From sequence record NC_031927.1: DNA of 64,000 nucleotides; one strand, written 5' to 3'. The position numbers and the translations under genes were made by a program. Each line of letters opens with the position of its first letter. The stretch's first letter is position 1. The notes below the pieces were generated by a model, which worked only from the letters and a program-made list of their open reading frames with translations, was not told the DNA's origin and searched no databases. Below are positions 53,801 to 61,112 of the stretch, one piece after another.

Positions 53801-53941
53801 GTATTCCCCGATATGGTCAAGGGAGATTTCCCCAAGTCTGTTAACTACAATGGATTGATCGGTGCTCTTATTGAATCCGTTAAGGAGCTTAAGGAGCAGA
53901 ACGAGGAGCTACGAAGTCGAATAGAAAAGTTGGAATCTTAA
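47897..53941 (+). CDS. Long fibre protein (2014 aa) with C-terminal Peptidase_S74 intramolecular chaperone
   Basis: G(I/V)(A/S/G)T(F/I) repeats; NSTSDRRVKENI...AGVIAQEVE...VNYNGLIGALIESVKEL. Confidence 0.92.
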   Translation: MALFYQSGRVSRFAVGTPGFSTNRDLTLNVSGAIGIETTKPRGSIDTPEISIRGPIIDSGINTGGLGYFLSQDVEGVKWVAASPEDLTFIRVFEDNVQVGVSSFSGLNFISNDSSLFDIKESPIGPNIADINFNTYWIRTEYGNNAGISTGYGPDGTYASLPGYGTSEAVGVTSVGIGTDNPQDDFQVGIGSTGVTINGPEGKLEAEIIKAKNLELDGNITVRSLVVDPGIATFRGNIDAQGISSFTGDVIAGFATIQELYVNDLEVELFRAGVSTLGFGQSASSFTIVENSLEVQGAIGTFINDLYVGNDLYVAGDTFFNQINAENIQVTGIATLNNVEGNTGIFTSFEVTGITTLNQLEFNTGVGTDLQLESSTIGVLTATDVSAGVATIGFANIDDANISGIVTVTEVDVEEIDIERAQVGILTITEGLSVTGTSTFVGLVTVTGDAFIDGDLTVTDQFTVQDLGAENLEVTGIGTIVNLESNVGIITTLFTEGSVNTGVGTFNVVEANDIQSGTGTIGGVGFESGRLEGTELDFDIGRIGILTGDLLSYGIGTFRDRLDSPGISNIAVAIGNTLNYDSTSQINGVTFGDELVDIFNRDLRVTGITTFTGVGTFGSDLYVKEDLFVGGELSFEQLTGTNLQVLGIATVNQLDLNTGIGTFLDLEFLQVGVATITNLLGTISTITRMDSGTVAVTTDPGKYPTSDGQFYADRSFIEFSNALDSRTTDFVARETADIQGTLEVVGLSTFDSDIDVNADINVSGLTTTNFLFAGVGTILLLDTDFIDSDEINAGIITTQDLVVTGSADFQGDVVVDIGGTANITNANIGFASVTEEVVGTSTVGFLSATDANIGVATVGLLSATDAEIEDLEVNTFRAGIATVGFGSFGTDPNEGSLYVTGINTFVGFTTFTGEVYVDGDLTVSGITTFKQLDAEQSQIGILTTKTLLDSNGLIDAENVAISTNLTVSGLTTLTGFTTTSDVIVGGGLTVVGDTTFLGIVSITDTLFVNQEITGIATVNNLNFNVGVGSTLSVGFLTATDLYVAGVSTFVGVGTFQNDLYVSKDLFVERNIVAAAISAENYFASGVSTFSNTIIDGALGVTSSVGIAKTLIVGGDVVVGGGITFEGDTELIGNVNVLGIATFNELNFDVGVGNTLTLEDLNVNGTINANGAGVATIGGSPSFENLTVTGITTLGFTTVQGNLNVTGDLIVGDDIVFDEATLRNINVSGLSSLNSVGYNVGIGSTLTIEKKLTVEGYTDLKGEVRVGGASTFVGFATFQDGLSVLGNLNVTGDIVSSDATYGDLTVTNTLTSDNNLQGNIGNFKELTVTDDFKSNGTATLFTVGVQTVSISTELSVSGLTTLTGEFEFNEAEGYELTVEKLNVNADGEVNLPGVAFTNKDAVFPNLEVIGVSTFKGFVDVNSDVDISGITTIGTNIKIDGGARRIDVGGSFIQGASAIPFQEAEVSSGKATFTRLIVTNNSDESTFAGDVEITGELQVSSASTFASITAQSIDSIGSVDIGDNLTVDNNLEVKERTDLKDLYVSGIASLNGASFGDGGEATFEKINVTGLSSLTSVSVSETLGVSGLTTMTDLNVSGVATIGLTSTTNLQFTNGDGYELEVYSLTVPTGGFVSLPGIPVSDGGAQFSELKVTGVSTFSGIATFSDSIYVNGDLVVEGNQVFSGISGEDINVTGILTTQSFNVGGASTFVGVGTFQNDLYVADDLFVKRDLLVGGAATVGTLTATDARFQNVIVDGNLTGASDGSAIIIDGGSVISGIVTIGPASITLNGLPGQEIIEIGTGSGNVIAGLNTFTNDPSHVKVDEGRFNTFITVSGAGSTSTFEGDLDVEGDITVKGSQVFEGGAQAQDFNVSGITTTENLKVNSESTFAGVGTFQDNLFVADDLFVARNANIVGIITAQDLNSTSDRRVKENIKPIDDALNKVTQLNGITFSFINTGTKSAGVIAQEVEAVFPDMVKGDFPKSVNYNGLIGALIESVKELKEQNEELRSRIEKLES

Positions 53942-53959
53942 GTTGGATAAATAGTAATT

Positions 53960-53983
53960 AAGGCTATACTATAGCCTTTTTTT
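53960..53983 (+). terminator. Rho-independent terminator
   Basis: AAGGCTAT-ACT-ATAGCCTT plus T-tract. Confidence 0.8.
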
Positions 53984-54024
53984 GCGCGTACAAGAAGACT
54001 ATAAACTAAGAGGAAAAAAAACTA

Positions 54025-56094
54025 ATGGCATACCAAATTAAAGGTGGTGTTATTATTAATGACGATAGAGCCCTTATTGGCGTTAGTACTGCTGGTATTA
54101 ACACCGCTCTATACGTTGGTGATTCAGTCGCTAATCTAATAACATTAGACGGCGAAACGGGTAATATAGATGTAAGTGGAACTTCAACCTTAGATGGTGA
54201 CGTTACACTTGGTGGAAATCTCAGCTTTGTTGGCGCAACTGCTGGCGAATCTGTAAATGGAATTACAACTGATATTAGTGTAAGTGCTAGTGCTACTGAT
54301 CTAGTAACAGCAGAAGGCATTAGGACATATGTTGTAGATCAGATTGCTGAAACTGGAGGAACTCTAAACTTCGGTGGTGATAGTGGATCTGGTGCTGTTG
54401 ATCTAAGCAGCCAAACTTTCTCAATTGAAGGTACTAACCTAGAAATTGAGACTTCTGCGGTCAACCAGACTCTAACAATCGGTCTAACCAACGAGGTTGC
54501 TATTGCCGGTTCTATGACCGCAAATAAGTACTACGGTGATGGCTCTGAACTAACAGGCATTACTGGTAGTAACGTTAATCTAGATGGTACTGATCAGTCA
54601 TTCAATAGCTTAGTAATTACTGAGACTGTTGGTTATGGATTGACTGTTGATAATGATGCCCAGATCAAGGGCAACCTAGTAATGGTTGGGCAGATCCACG
54701 GTCCTTCCGAGTTTGTTATTGACCCAGAAGTAATTGGGAACAATACTGGTACTGTTATTATTAGGGGTGACCTAGTTGTAGAAGGTACTGAATTCATTAT
54801 TAATTCAGACACACTACAAATTGCTGATAAGCAAATTGGTCTAGCAACAAATGTTACCAATGCTGCTCTATTAGAAGATTCTGGTATCACCATCGGTGAG
54901 CCTGGATCCGCTGTTGAGCAATCATTCTTGTGGGACTTCTCATCCCAGTCATTCCAGTCATCCGCTGGTCTTGGCGTAACTGATGGTGGTGGATTCTATG
55001 CTGGGGATACTGAAATCCTATCATTAGAAACCTTAGGTTCCACGGTAGTCAACTCATCACTAACAAGTGTTGGTACTCTAACTGACCTAACTGTTACTGG
55101 TGATATCAATGCTAACGGCAATATCGTTGGTGATAGTGCTACTAATATCTCTGGTATTAATAGTGTAACTGCTACTGATTTCTATGGTAGTGGTGCTGGT
55201 CTAACTGGTATTAATGCTGGTTCAGTTGATCTAACTGGAACTGATCAGAACTTCAGAAGCTTGCAGCTATCTGGTGTTGGTGTTGCTCTAACAGTAACCA
55301 ACGATGCTGAGATTGGTAATAATCTAACTGTTGATGGAGACATCACATTAGGTGGAGATATTCTACCAGATTCCCCAGGCACTGGTTCCGTTGGAAAAAC
55401 AACTGATCGTTTCCTTGTCGTTGCTGCTACTGGCGGTGACTTCACACAAGCCGATATCGCTTCGGTTAATGTTTCAGGAGTATCCACTCTAACTGGCAAT
55501 GTTGAACTAGGGGCACAGCTAACCTTCACTGGTAGTGACGCTGATGAGTTCGTTTCTGGTATCACAACCAGTCTCGATGAGTCCGCTGGTGCCAATGAGA
55601 TTGCAACTGCTGAAGGCATCAAGGACTATGTTGATGCTCAGATTGGTGGTGGTGGTTCTGTCCAGGCAGCAACAATCGCAGTTGCTGATAACCAGGATAA
55701 CGTAGAATATTCAGTGCCTTTCGCTAGTGCTACTGCTGCTAATGCAAGTCTATATTCAGACTCAACCCAACTTAAGTACAATCCTTCAACTGGTCTTCTA
55801 GTTGCACAGGATTTCAACTCACTCTCCGACATCCGCTTCAAGGATAACGTAGAGACCATTGACGGTGCAGTAGCCAAGCTACAGCAACTACGTGGTGTTG
55901 AGTTCGATTGGAAGCACTCACCAGGTTCATCTGTTGGTGTTATCGCTCAAGAGGTTAAGGAGGTTTATCCTCAACTAGTAACCGAAGGCGAAGAGAAGAT
56001 CACTGTTAACTATAACGGTTTGGTTGGTCTACTCATTCAGGCTGTTAAGGAACAGGCTGATGAAATCGCTGCTCTAAAAGAGAAGCTAGGTTGA
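54025..56094 (+). CDS. Fibre protein (689 aa) with Peptidase_S74 chaperone
   Basis: NSLSDIRFKDNV...GVIAQEV...VNYNGLVGLLIQAVKE. Confidence 0.92.
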   Translation: MAYQIKGGVIINDDRALIGVSTAGINTALYVGDSVANLITLDGETGNIDVSGTSTLDGDVTLGGNLSFVGATAGESVNGITTDISVSASATDLVTAEGIRTYVVDQIAETGGTLNFGGDSGSGAVDLSSQTFSIEGTNLEIETSAVNQTLTIGLTNEVAIAGSMTANKYYGDGSELTGITGSNVNLDGTDQSFNSLVITETVGYGLTVDNDAQIKGNLVMVGQIHGPSEFVIDPEVIGNNTGTVIIRGDLVVEGTEFIINSDTLQIADKQIGLATNVTNAALLEDSGITIGEPGSAVEQSFLWDFSSQSFQSSAGLGVTDGGGFYAGDTEILSLETLGSTVVNSSLTSVGTLTDLTVTGDINANGNIVGDSATNISGINSVTATDFYGSGAGLTGINAGSVDLTGTDQNFRSLQLSGVGVALTVTNDAEIGNNLTVDGDITLGGDILPDSPGTGSVGKTTDRFLVVAATGGDFTQADIASVNVSGVSTLTGNVELGAQLTFTGSDADEFVSGITTSLDESAGANEIATAEGIKDYVDAQIGGGGSVQAATIAVADNQDNVEYSVPFASATAANASLYSDSTQLKYNPSTGLLVAQDFNSLSDIRFKDNVETIDGAVAKLQQLRGVEFDWKHSPGSSVGVIAQEVKEVYPQLVTEGEEKITVNYNGLVGLLIQAVKEQADEIAALKEKLG

Positions 56095-56100
56095 TATATT

Positions 56101-56123
56101 AGGAACCTTCGGGTTCCTTTTTT
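56101..56123 (+). terminator. Rho-independent terminator
   Basis: AGGAACC-TTCG-GGTTCCT plus T-tract (UUCG tetraloop). Confidence 0.88.
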
Positions 56124-56299
56124 ATAAATAACATTGGGTGTCTCCCACCCGTGTTGTTGGTAAGACTACAACTACCCTTAGGGGTTTTTTTATGCTTAAA
56201 AATAGAAATCTTAATGTGTATAAATATAGATGAATTGAAACAAAGCTACATATAATTCTTCGTTAGTCTTACCAAAAGCAAACACGGGGAAAAAAACAC

Positions 56300-57436
56300 A
56301 TGGCTTTTCTAATTAACGGACAGGTTGTCGTTAATAATAATGAAAGCATTGATGCGTTAGGCGTATCAACATTTGTTAATATTCGTGCCACAGGTGTTGG
56401 TACGATGAGTGAGCTAAGATTGGGTACCGACACTGATGGCTATGGTGGCGTCAGTACTGATATTTCTTCTGATTCTCCATCAACCAAGCTAGCATCTGCG
56501 TCAGCAATCAAAACTTACGTAGATGATAGAGTAACTGGGGGCACAGGTGCTGTCAGCTTGAATATTATTGGTGATACTGGAACTGATTCAGTAAACCTAT
56601 CCAGTGGCAATCTAACTTTCAGTGGTACTACCAATGAAATTGAGACAGCAGTAACAAACGACGTAGTAACATTTAGTTTACCTGATGATGTTACTATTGG
56701 TAATAATCTAACTGTAACCACAGACTTGGATGTTAGTGGGAGCTTCAGCTTCGACGGTGGTGGTCAGTCTGTAGATGCTATCTCTGATGACATCACATCA
56801 GCCGCTCTATCAACCGAGATACCTACAGCTAACGCTGTTAAGAGCTACGTTGACTCAACCATAGACGGTTCTAACAACCTAGCTTTCAGTGGAGACAGTG
56901 GAACTAATGGTGACATCGACCTAGCTGCCAGTGAAGTTCTTGACTTCCAAGGTACAACTAACCAGATCGAAACCGTTTCTGATGGTGCCCAGCAAATCAC
57001 CTTTAGCCTAGCTAACGACACCGACATTGTAACCAGCCTAACCGTTGGTGCGACTCTTGGTGCTGCTGGTGGAGACATCCTAGAAGCATCTGCTACTGCT
57101 GCTGGTGGTGGCATCGGTGTAGCTATTGCTGGTGATCTAAACGTCACTGGTAACGTAGACTCCGCTTCTGACCGCAAGCTTAAGGAAAACATCGAAGTTA
57201 TCCCTAACGCTCTAGAGAAGATCGAAGCCCTACGTGGTGTTGAGTACACCTGGAAGAGCAACGGTGCATACTCTGCTGGTATCATCGCTCAGGAAGTCCA
57301 AGCTGTAATGCCTGGTCTAGTCACTGAAAACGAGACTCACCTCTCTGTTCAGTACAACGGTCTAATCGGTCTATTGATCGAAGGTATGAAGGAGCAGCAA
57401 GCTCAAATTGAAGAGCTAAAAGCTCAACTTTCTTGA
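56300..57436 (+). CDS. Fibre protein (378 aa) with Peptidase_S74 chaperone
   Basis: DSASDRKLKENI...AGIIAQEV...VQYNGLIGLLIEGMKE; TATAAATA at 56219. Confidence 0.92.
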   Translation: MAFLINGQVVVNNNESIDALGVSTFVNIRATGVGTMSELRLGTDTDGYGGVSTDISSDSPSTKLASASAIKTYVDDRVTGGTGAVSLNIIGDTGTDSVNLSSGNLTFSGTTNEIETAVTNDVVTFSLPDDVTIGNNLTVTTDLDVSGSFSFDGGGQSVDAISDDITSAALSTEIPTANAVKSYVDSTIDGSNNLAFSGDSGTNGDIDLAASEVLDFQGTTNQIETVSDGAQQITFSLANDTDIVTSLTVGATLGAAGGDILEASATAAGGGIGVAIAGDLNVTGNVDSASDRKLKENIEVIPNALEKIEALRGVEYTWKSNGAYSAGIIAQEVQAVMPGLVTENETHLSVQYNGLIGLLIEGMKEQQAQIEELKAQLS

Positions 57437-57463
57437 TATTTCTATTATAGCACAGATTGGGAC

Positions 57464-57492
57464 TTGACAAAGGTCTCTAAATCGACTACAAT
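57464..57492 (+). promoter_or_regulatory. sigma70-type promoter
   Basis: TTGACA-N17-TACAAT. Confidence 0.8.
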
Positions 57493-57566
57493 CAGCCTTG
57501 TCGAGGTTGATAAGACACTCTAAGTACTTAGAGATTAATAGAGGGACCTCTTTAGGTCCCTTTTTT
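57493..57566 (+). ncRNA. Candidate ~70-nt small RNA
   Basis: Bounded by a promoter and a terminator (AGGGACC-N6-GGTCCCT-T6). Contains two hairpins; the 5' part is duplicated at 3020-3057. Confidence 0.5.
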
Positions 57567-57602
57567 ATTAGCCTAATAAATAACAGTAGCTATTCCTTTA
57601 TT

Positions 57603-57839
57603 ATGTTCACAGTGTATTCTAAAGTCAATTGTAAATATTGCGAAGCAATTGAAAAAGTATTCTCAATGAAGAATATAGAGTATAAGAAGAACTTATTGAA
57701 TGTAGATTACACCAGAGAAGATTTTATTGAGAAATTTGGAGAGCAGGGAACGTTTCCCAAAGTCCTTAATGAGAATGGAGATTTGATTGGAGGAGCCAAA
57801 GAAACAGTTCAGTATTTAAGAGATAATCATCTAGTATAA
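57603..57839 (+). CDS. nrdC: Glutaredoxin (NrdC-like)
   Basis: VYSKVNCKYC (CxxC), TFPKV, LIGG. The real ATG is at 57603; the track's TTG extension crosses a terminator. Confidence 0.88.
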   Translation: MFTVYSKVNCKYCEAIEKVFSMKNIEYKKNLLNVDYTREDFIEKFGEQGTFPKVLNENGDLIGGAKETVQYLRDNHLV

Positions 57840-57868
57840 ATACAAGAAAGATACCGGAGGAGAGTAAA

Positions 57869-58099
57869 ATGCTCACCCTTTCTATTGTATTTGGTGTTAT
57901 AATGCTCCAAATGTTTCTTTTATTAGGAGGAGTCATTGGGTATCTAACCTACGGATATCTTTCAGCCCAAGCCTCAGCATTACCATCCCACCCAGAGTTT
58001 TACGATGAAGAGGGTAACGTATTACCAGATGAAATTCTTGCTATTCGTTTTGAGAATAGCTATGATAACTTGGGTGACTGGGAAGAAGAAGACCTTTAA
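57869..58099 (+). CDS. Conserved cyanophage membrane protein
   Basis: TM helix followed by HPEFYDEEGN; TATAAATA at 57835; GGAGGAG RBS. Confidence 0.8.
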   Translation: MLTLSIVFGVIMLQMFLLLGGVIGYLTYGYLSAQASALPSHPEFYDEEGNVLPDEILAIRFENSYDNLGDWEEEDL

Positions 58100-58119
58100 A
58101 ACTTTATTTTGTAATTATC

Positions 58120-58743
58120 ATGGCAGAAGCGACAACCAAAAAGACACGCACAAGGAAGCCTTCCGCTTCCAAAGTAACTACTACAGCTAAAAAGAAAGCT
58201 CCAGTATCACTAGAGCTTCCTAGAAATCCTCTTATGTTTGAGATTCTAGACCTAGTTTCCAAGCAGCGTACTAAGGCTAAGAAAGTAGAAGCACTCAAAA
58301 AGCACGAGTGCCTAACTCTCAAGTCCTTATTCATTTGGAACTTTGATGAGACTGTAGTCAGCCAACTCCCAGAAGGTGATGTGCCTTATGGTGACCCCGA
58401 AGACCAGTTGAAGTATAACGGAACTCTATCCGAGAACCTAGCAGATAAGTCTCGTCAAATGTATACTGACGGTAACTTCTCATTAGGTAGTGCTGATACT
58501 AACGGCAGAACAACTCTCCGTGCTCAGACTCGTAACTTCTATCACTTCGTTCAAGGTGGTAATCCAGGTCTCTCTGGTATGCGTCGTGAGTCTATGTTTA
58601 TCAACCTCCTTCAATCGGTTCACCCCCTTGAAGCAGAGATTATGGTCCTCGTAAAAGACGGACTGCTCTCTGACTCATACGCAATCACCCAAGAGGTAGT
58701 TGCTGAGGCATATCCCGATATCGTTTGGGGAGGAAGGGGTTGA
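58120..58743 (+). CDS. Conserved T4-like cyanophage hypothetical protein
   Basis: EILDLVSKQRTKAKKVEAL...RRESMFINLLQSVHPLEAE. Confidence 0.8.
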   Translation: MAEATTKKTRTRKPSASKVTTTAKKKAPVSLELPRNPLMFEILDLVSKQRTKAKKVEALKKHECLTLKSLFIWNFDETVVSQLPEGDVPYGDPEDQLKYNGTLSENLADKSRQMYTDGNFSLGSADTNGRTTLRAQTRNFYHFVQGGNPGLSGMRRESMFINLLQSVHPLEAEIMVLVKDGLLSDSYAITQEVVAEAYPDIVWGGRG

Positions 58744-58828
58744 TTTTCTCCACCCAAAATCTTCCATAAACATTAAGAAAATATAAAGCTCCCTAAATAA
58801 ATCTAGGGAGTATGTTATACTCTTTATA

Positions 58829-58933
58829 CGTTCATCACACAGAAGGCTGTGTGACGCAAGTAGGATGACGCGGAACGGATTTCGTTCATTTTGCACAAGA
58901 GTGTGAAACGCAAACGCCACCCGAAAGGAACGG
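58829..58933 (+). ncRNA. Tandem glutamine-riboswitch-like aptamers (Downstream-peptide/glnA family)
   Basis: Two units, each CGTTCA-hairpin-ACGCAA...GGAACG, directly upstream of a YRGV.Y peptide gene. Confidence 0.65.
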
Positions 58934-58966
58934 GATTTAACCATCTCATTTCTTAGGAGCAAACAA

Positions 58967-59101
58967 ATGCTAGCAGTATATCGTGGTGTCGCTTATGACA
59001 CAGATCGTAACTTAACGAAAGAAGCAGATTACAAAAAAGTAACTGAAACTTATCGTGGTATTCAGCACACCGAAACCGTTAAGGTAGAGGTATCAAAATG
59101 A
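58967..59101 (+). CDS. DUF4278-like peptide (44 aa)
   Basis: MLAVYRGVAY...TYRGIQH; AGGAG RBS; absent from the track. Confidence 0.75.
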   Translation: MLAVYRGVAYDTDRNLTKEADYKKVTETYRGIQHTETVKVEVSK

Positions 59102-59202
59102 ATACACTAGACATCATCCGTCAAAAAGAGCTAAAAGCAAGAAAGCTTCACGAAGCTCGGTTGCTTATGGCAAGACTAAATCAAAGAGCGAATAACGCTT
59201 GA
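59098..59202 (+). CDS. Small basic helical peptide (34 aa), GS-inactivating-factor-like
   Basis: ATGA coupling; MNTLDIIRQKELKARKLHEARLLMARLNQRANNA. Confidence 0.6.
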   Translation: MNTLDIIRQKELKARKLHEARLLMARLNQRANNA

Positions 59203-59206
59203 TACT

Positions 59207-59233
59207 AGGAGCCGCAAGGCTCCTTTTTTTTTT
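59207..59233 (+). terminator. Rho-independent terminator
   Basis: AGGAGCC-GCAA-GGCTCCT plus long T-tract. Confidence 0.9.
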
Positions 59234-59269
59234 ATGCTATAATATATATTATGTTATATTATTAAGTTT

Positions 59270-59800
59270 ATGGACTATAGTAATAATTTAATATTTGATC
59301 TTGAAAATGATCACTTAGAAAAAGTGACTAATTTTTATGATAAAATACTTTCTGATTCTGAAAATCTTAAAAATATATTTGAAGATGATGATTATATCGA
59401 AGAGAATTGTGGGTGGGAAAAAATTGAGAGTGTAGAACAACTCAAAAAGCATCATATTGGTTGTATAAAAGAACAATCAATGTTTAGTGAGGAAGAACTC
59501 ATTGATGAAGATTTTCAAGCTATGACTAATAATGACCTTTTAAGTGGGATCATGGAGATGTGTGATGGATATTCTACATCACCTACATTAATTTTTAATA
59601 AACAAACCTCCACTGCTCGCTCCGTTCCTGATTCTTCCACCAAAGATAATATAATTTTTTATACTACAGATGATATTTTAGATTATCTTAGAGAGAAATG
59701 TAAGACACATCATGTGATTTGGTATTGTATAAATCTTTTATACTCCAAAGGCTACAAAGGTAAATTCAAAATCCGCATTCACTCCTTTGAAAGACAATAA
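59270..59800 (+). CDS. AT-rich hypothetical protein
   Basis: Has its own TATGCTATAAT promoter (59233). Confidence 0.7.
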   Translation: MDYSNNLIFDLENDHLEKVTNFYDKILSDSENLKNIFEDDDYIEENCGWEKIESVEQLKKHHIGCIKEQSMFSEEELIDEDFQAMTNNDLLSGIMEMCDGYSTSPTLIFNKQTSTARSVPDSSTKDNIIFYTTDDILDYLREKCKTHHVIWYCINLLYSKGYKGKFKIRIHSFERQ

Positions 59801-59853
59801 AAAATTTTCATAGTTCTCTTTTTATGCTATAATACCCTTGAATACATAATACT

Positions 59854-60045
59854 ATGGACCGAGACAAGGTAAAGTTCTTAATTCAATCAATTGAAGTTCT
59901 TATTGAAGAACTAAAAGCAGAGGTTTACACCGACTCCGAGACCCATAAGGTTTCTGAGACTGCTTATAGCGACGAGGAGGAACCAATTTCCACCGATGAT
60001 CTAATCCAAACAATGTTCAACCAAGTGATTGACGATACACTATGA
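59854..60045 (+). CDS. Conserved hypothetical protein
   Basis: TATGCTATAAT at 59823; ATGA overlap with thyX. Confidence 0.75.
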   Translation: MDRDKVKFLIQSIEVLIEELKAEVYTDSETHKVSETAYSDEEEPISTDDLIQTMFNQVIDDTL

Positions 60046-60794
60046 AACCAGTAAAAGCCGCAGACCTACTCCGCCTTGACCCACTACAAAAGGTAGAGAT
60101 GCTTCGCAACACCCCCAATCCACAGCAAATGGTTTATATGGGTGGTAAGAATGATTACAGTGAGCTTCCAATTGAAGATACTAACATTCCCTTTGAGAAA
60201 GACGCTGGTGAATGGGTAATCAAACAGCTTCTAGCAAATGAGCGAGGACATTGGGGTCCATTAGAGCACCCAGCAATCTCATTCAGTTGCTCTGGTTTCG
60301 TACATAATGTAATTGTTCAGGCACGCACTCATCGTGTAGGTATTAGCTTTGATGTTCAATCACAGCGTTATACCTGTAAGCGTGTTCTCAAAGTAGCATC
60401 AGGCGAGCTTCTGCCCCAGAAGGTCTTCTATGTACGCCCTCCTGGCTTCTACACCAACCGAAAGGGTAAGAAGTATGAATGGACCCCTGATGACTATCAG
60501 ACCCAGCTAGGGCTCTGTCGGGCTGCCTCACAGCGCTTCGCTACACAGTTTGAGAATGGCGTATCAGAAGAGCACGCTAGGGATTATCTCCCCCAGAACA
60601 TCCGTCAAAACTTCGTGGTTACATTCAGTCTCCGCGCACTACTTCACTTCCTTGATCTACGAGCCAAGCTTGACGCACAGCTAGAAATCCAGGCACTATG
60701 TGAAGCAATGGTTGAGCCAACAAAGGTATGGGTTCCCCAGATCTTTGAGTATTATGAAGAGAAGCGTCTCCACAGAGCGCGTCTTGCCCCCTAA
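60042..60794 (+). CDS. thyX: Flavin-dependent thymidylate synthase
   Basis: GHWGPLEH, QARTHRVGISFDVQSQRY, ARDYLP, LRAKLDAQLEI. Confidence 0.93.
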   Translation: MKPVKAADLLRLDPLQKVEMLRNTPNPQQMVYMGGKNDYSELPIEDTNIPFEKDAGEWVIKQLLANERGHWGPLEHPAISFSCSGFVHNVIVQARTHRVGISFDVQSQRYTCKRVLKVASGELLPQKVFYVRPPGFYTNRKGKKYEWTPDDYQTQLGLCRAASQRFATQFENGVSEEHARDYLPQNIRQNFVVTFSLRALLHFLDLRAKLDAQLEIQALCEAMVEPTKVWVPQIFEYYEEKRLHRARLAP

Positions 60795-60820
60795 ATAAAC
60801 TTAAGCTGAGAGGTAAAATT

Positions 60821-61066
60821 TTGGCGACATATCATGTAATTCACAAAGAGACCAAAGAAACCAAAATCATCGAGTGTAGCGTCCATGATATTATGGATTG
60901 GTATGCCGAAAACGAAGGTTGGGAAAGGAATTGGTCTTATGGATGCGCGACTACCGCATCAGAAGTCGGTGAGTGGAGAGAAAAATTAGTAGCGAAAAAT
61001 CCTGGCTGGAACGATGTTCTAGACCAAGCTTCTCGCGCTCCAGGTTCGAGGGTCAAAAAGATCTAA
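60821..61066 (+). CDS. Conserved cyanophage hypothetical protein
   Basis: TTG start with GAGAGG RBS; GEWREKL...PGWNDVL...PGSRV. Confidence 0.75.
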   Translation: MATYHVIHKETKETKIIECSVHDIMDWYAENEGWERNWSYGCATTASEVGEWREKLVAKNPGWNDVLDQASRAPGSRVKKI

Positions 61067-61112
61067 GAGCCCATTTTTTTGCTTTTCATACTGTTGTTAC
61101 TACTTAATAAAA

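Noticed and set aside
35320-55877. Long minus-strand ORFs within the giant and S74 fibre genes
   Set aside because: These are shadow ORFs from biased codon usage (few TTA/CTA/TCA in phase); no recognisable motifs
53650-57436. Paralogous S74 C-termini as a possible DGR template/variable region or shufflon
   Set aside because: Differences are not adenine-specific, all copies are in the same orientation, and no reverse transcriptase or invertase is in the window
57498-57602. TTG-initiated N-terminal extension of glutaredoxin in the ORF track
   Set aside because: It crosses a strong terminator and adds a non-homologous sequence; the ATG at 57603 gives a normal glutaredoxin
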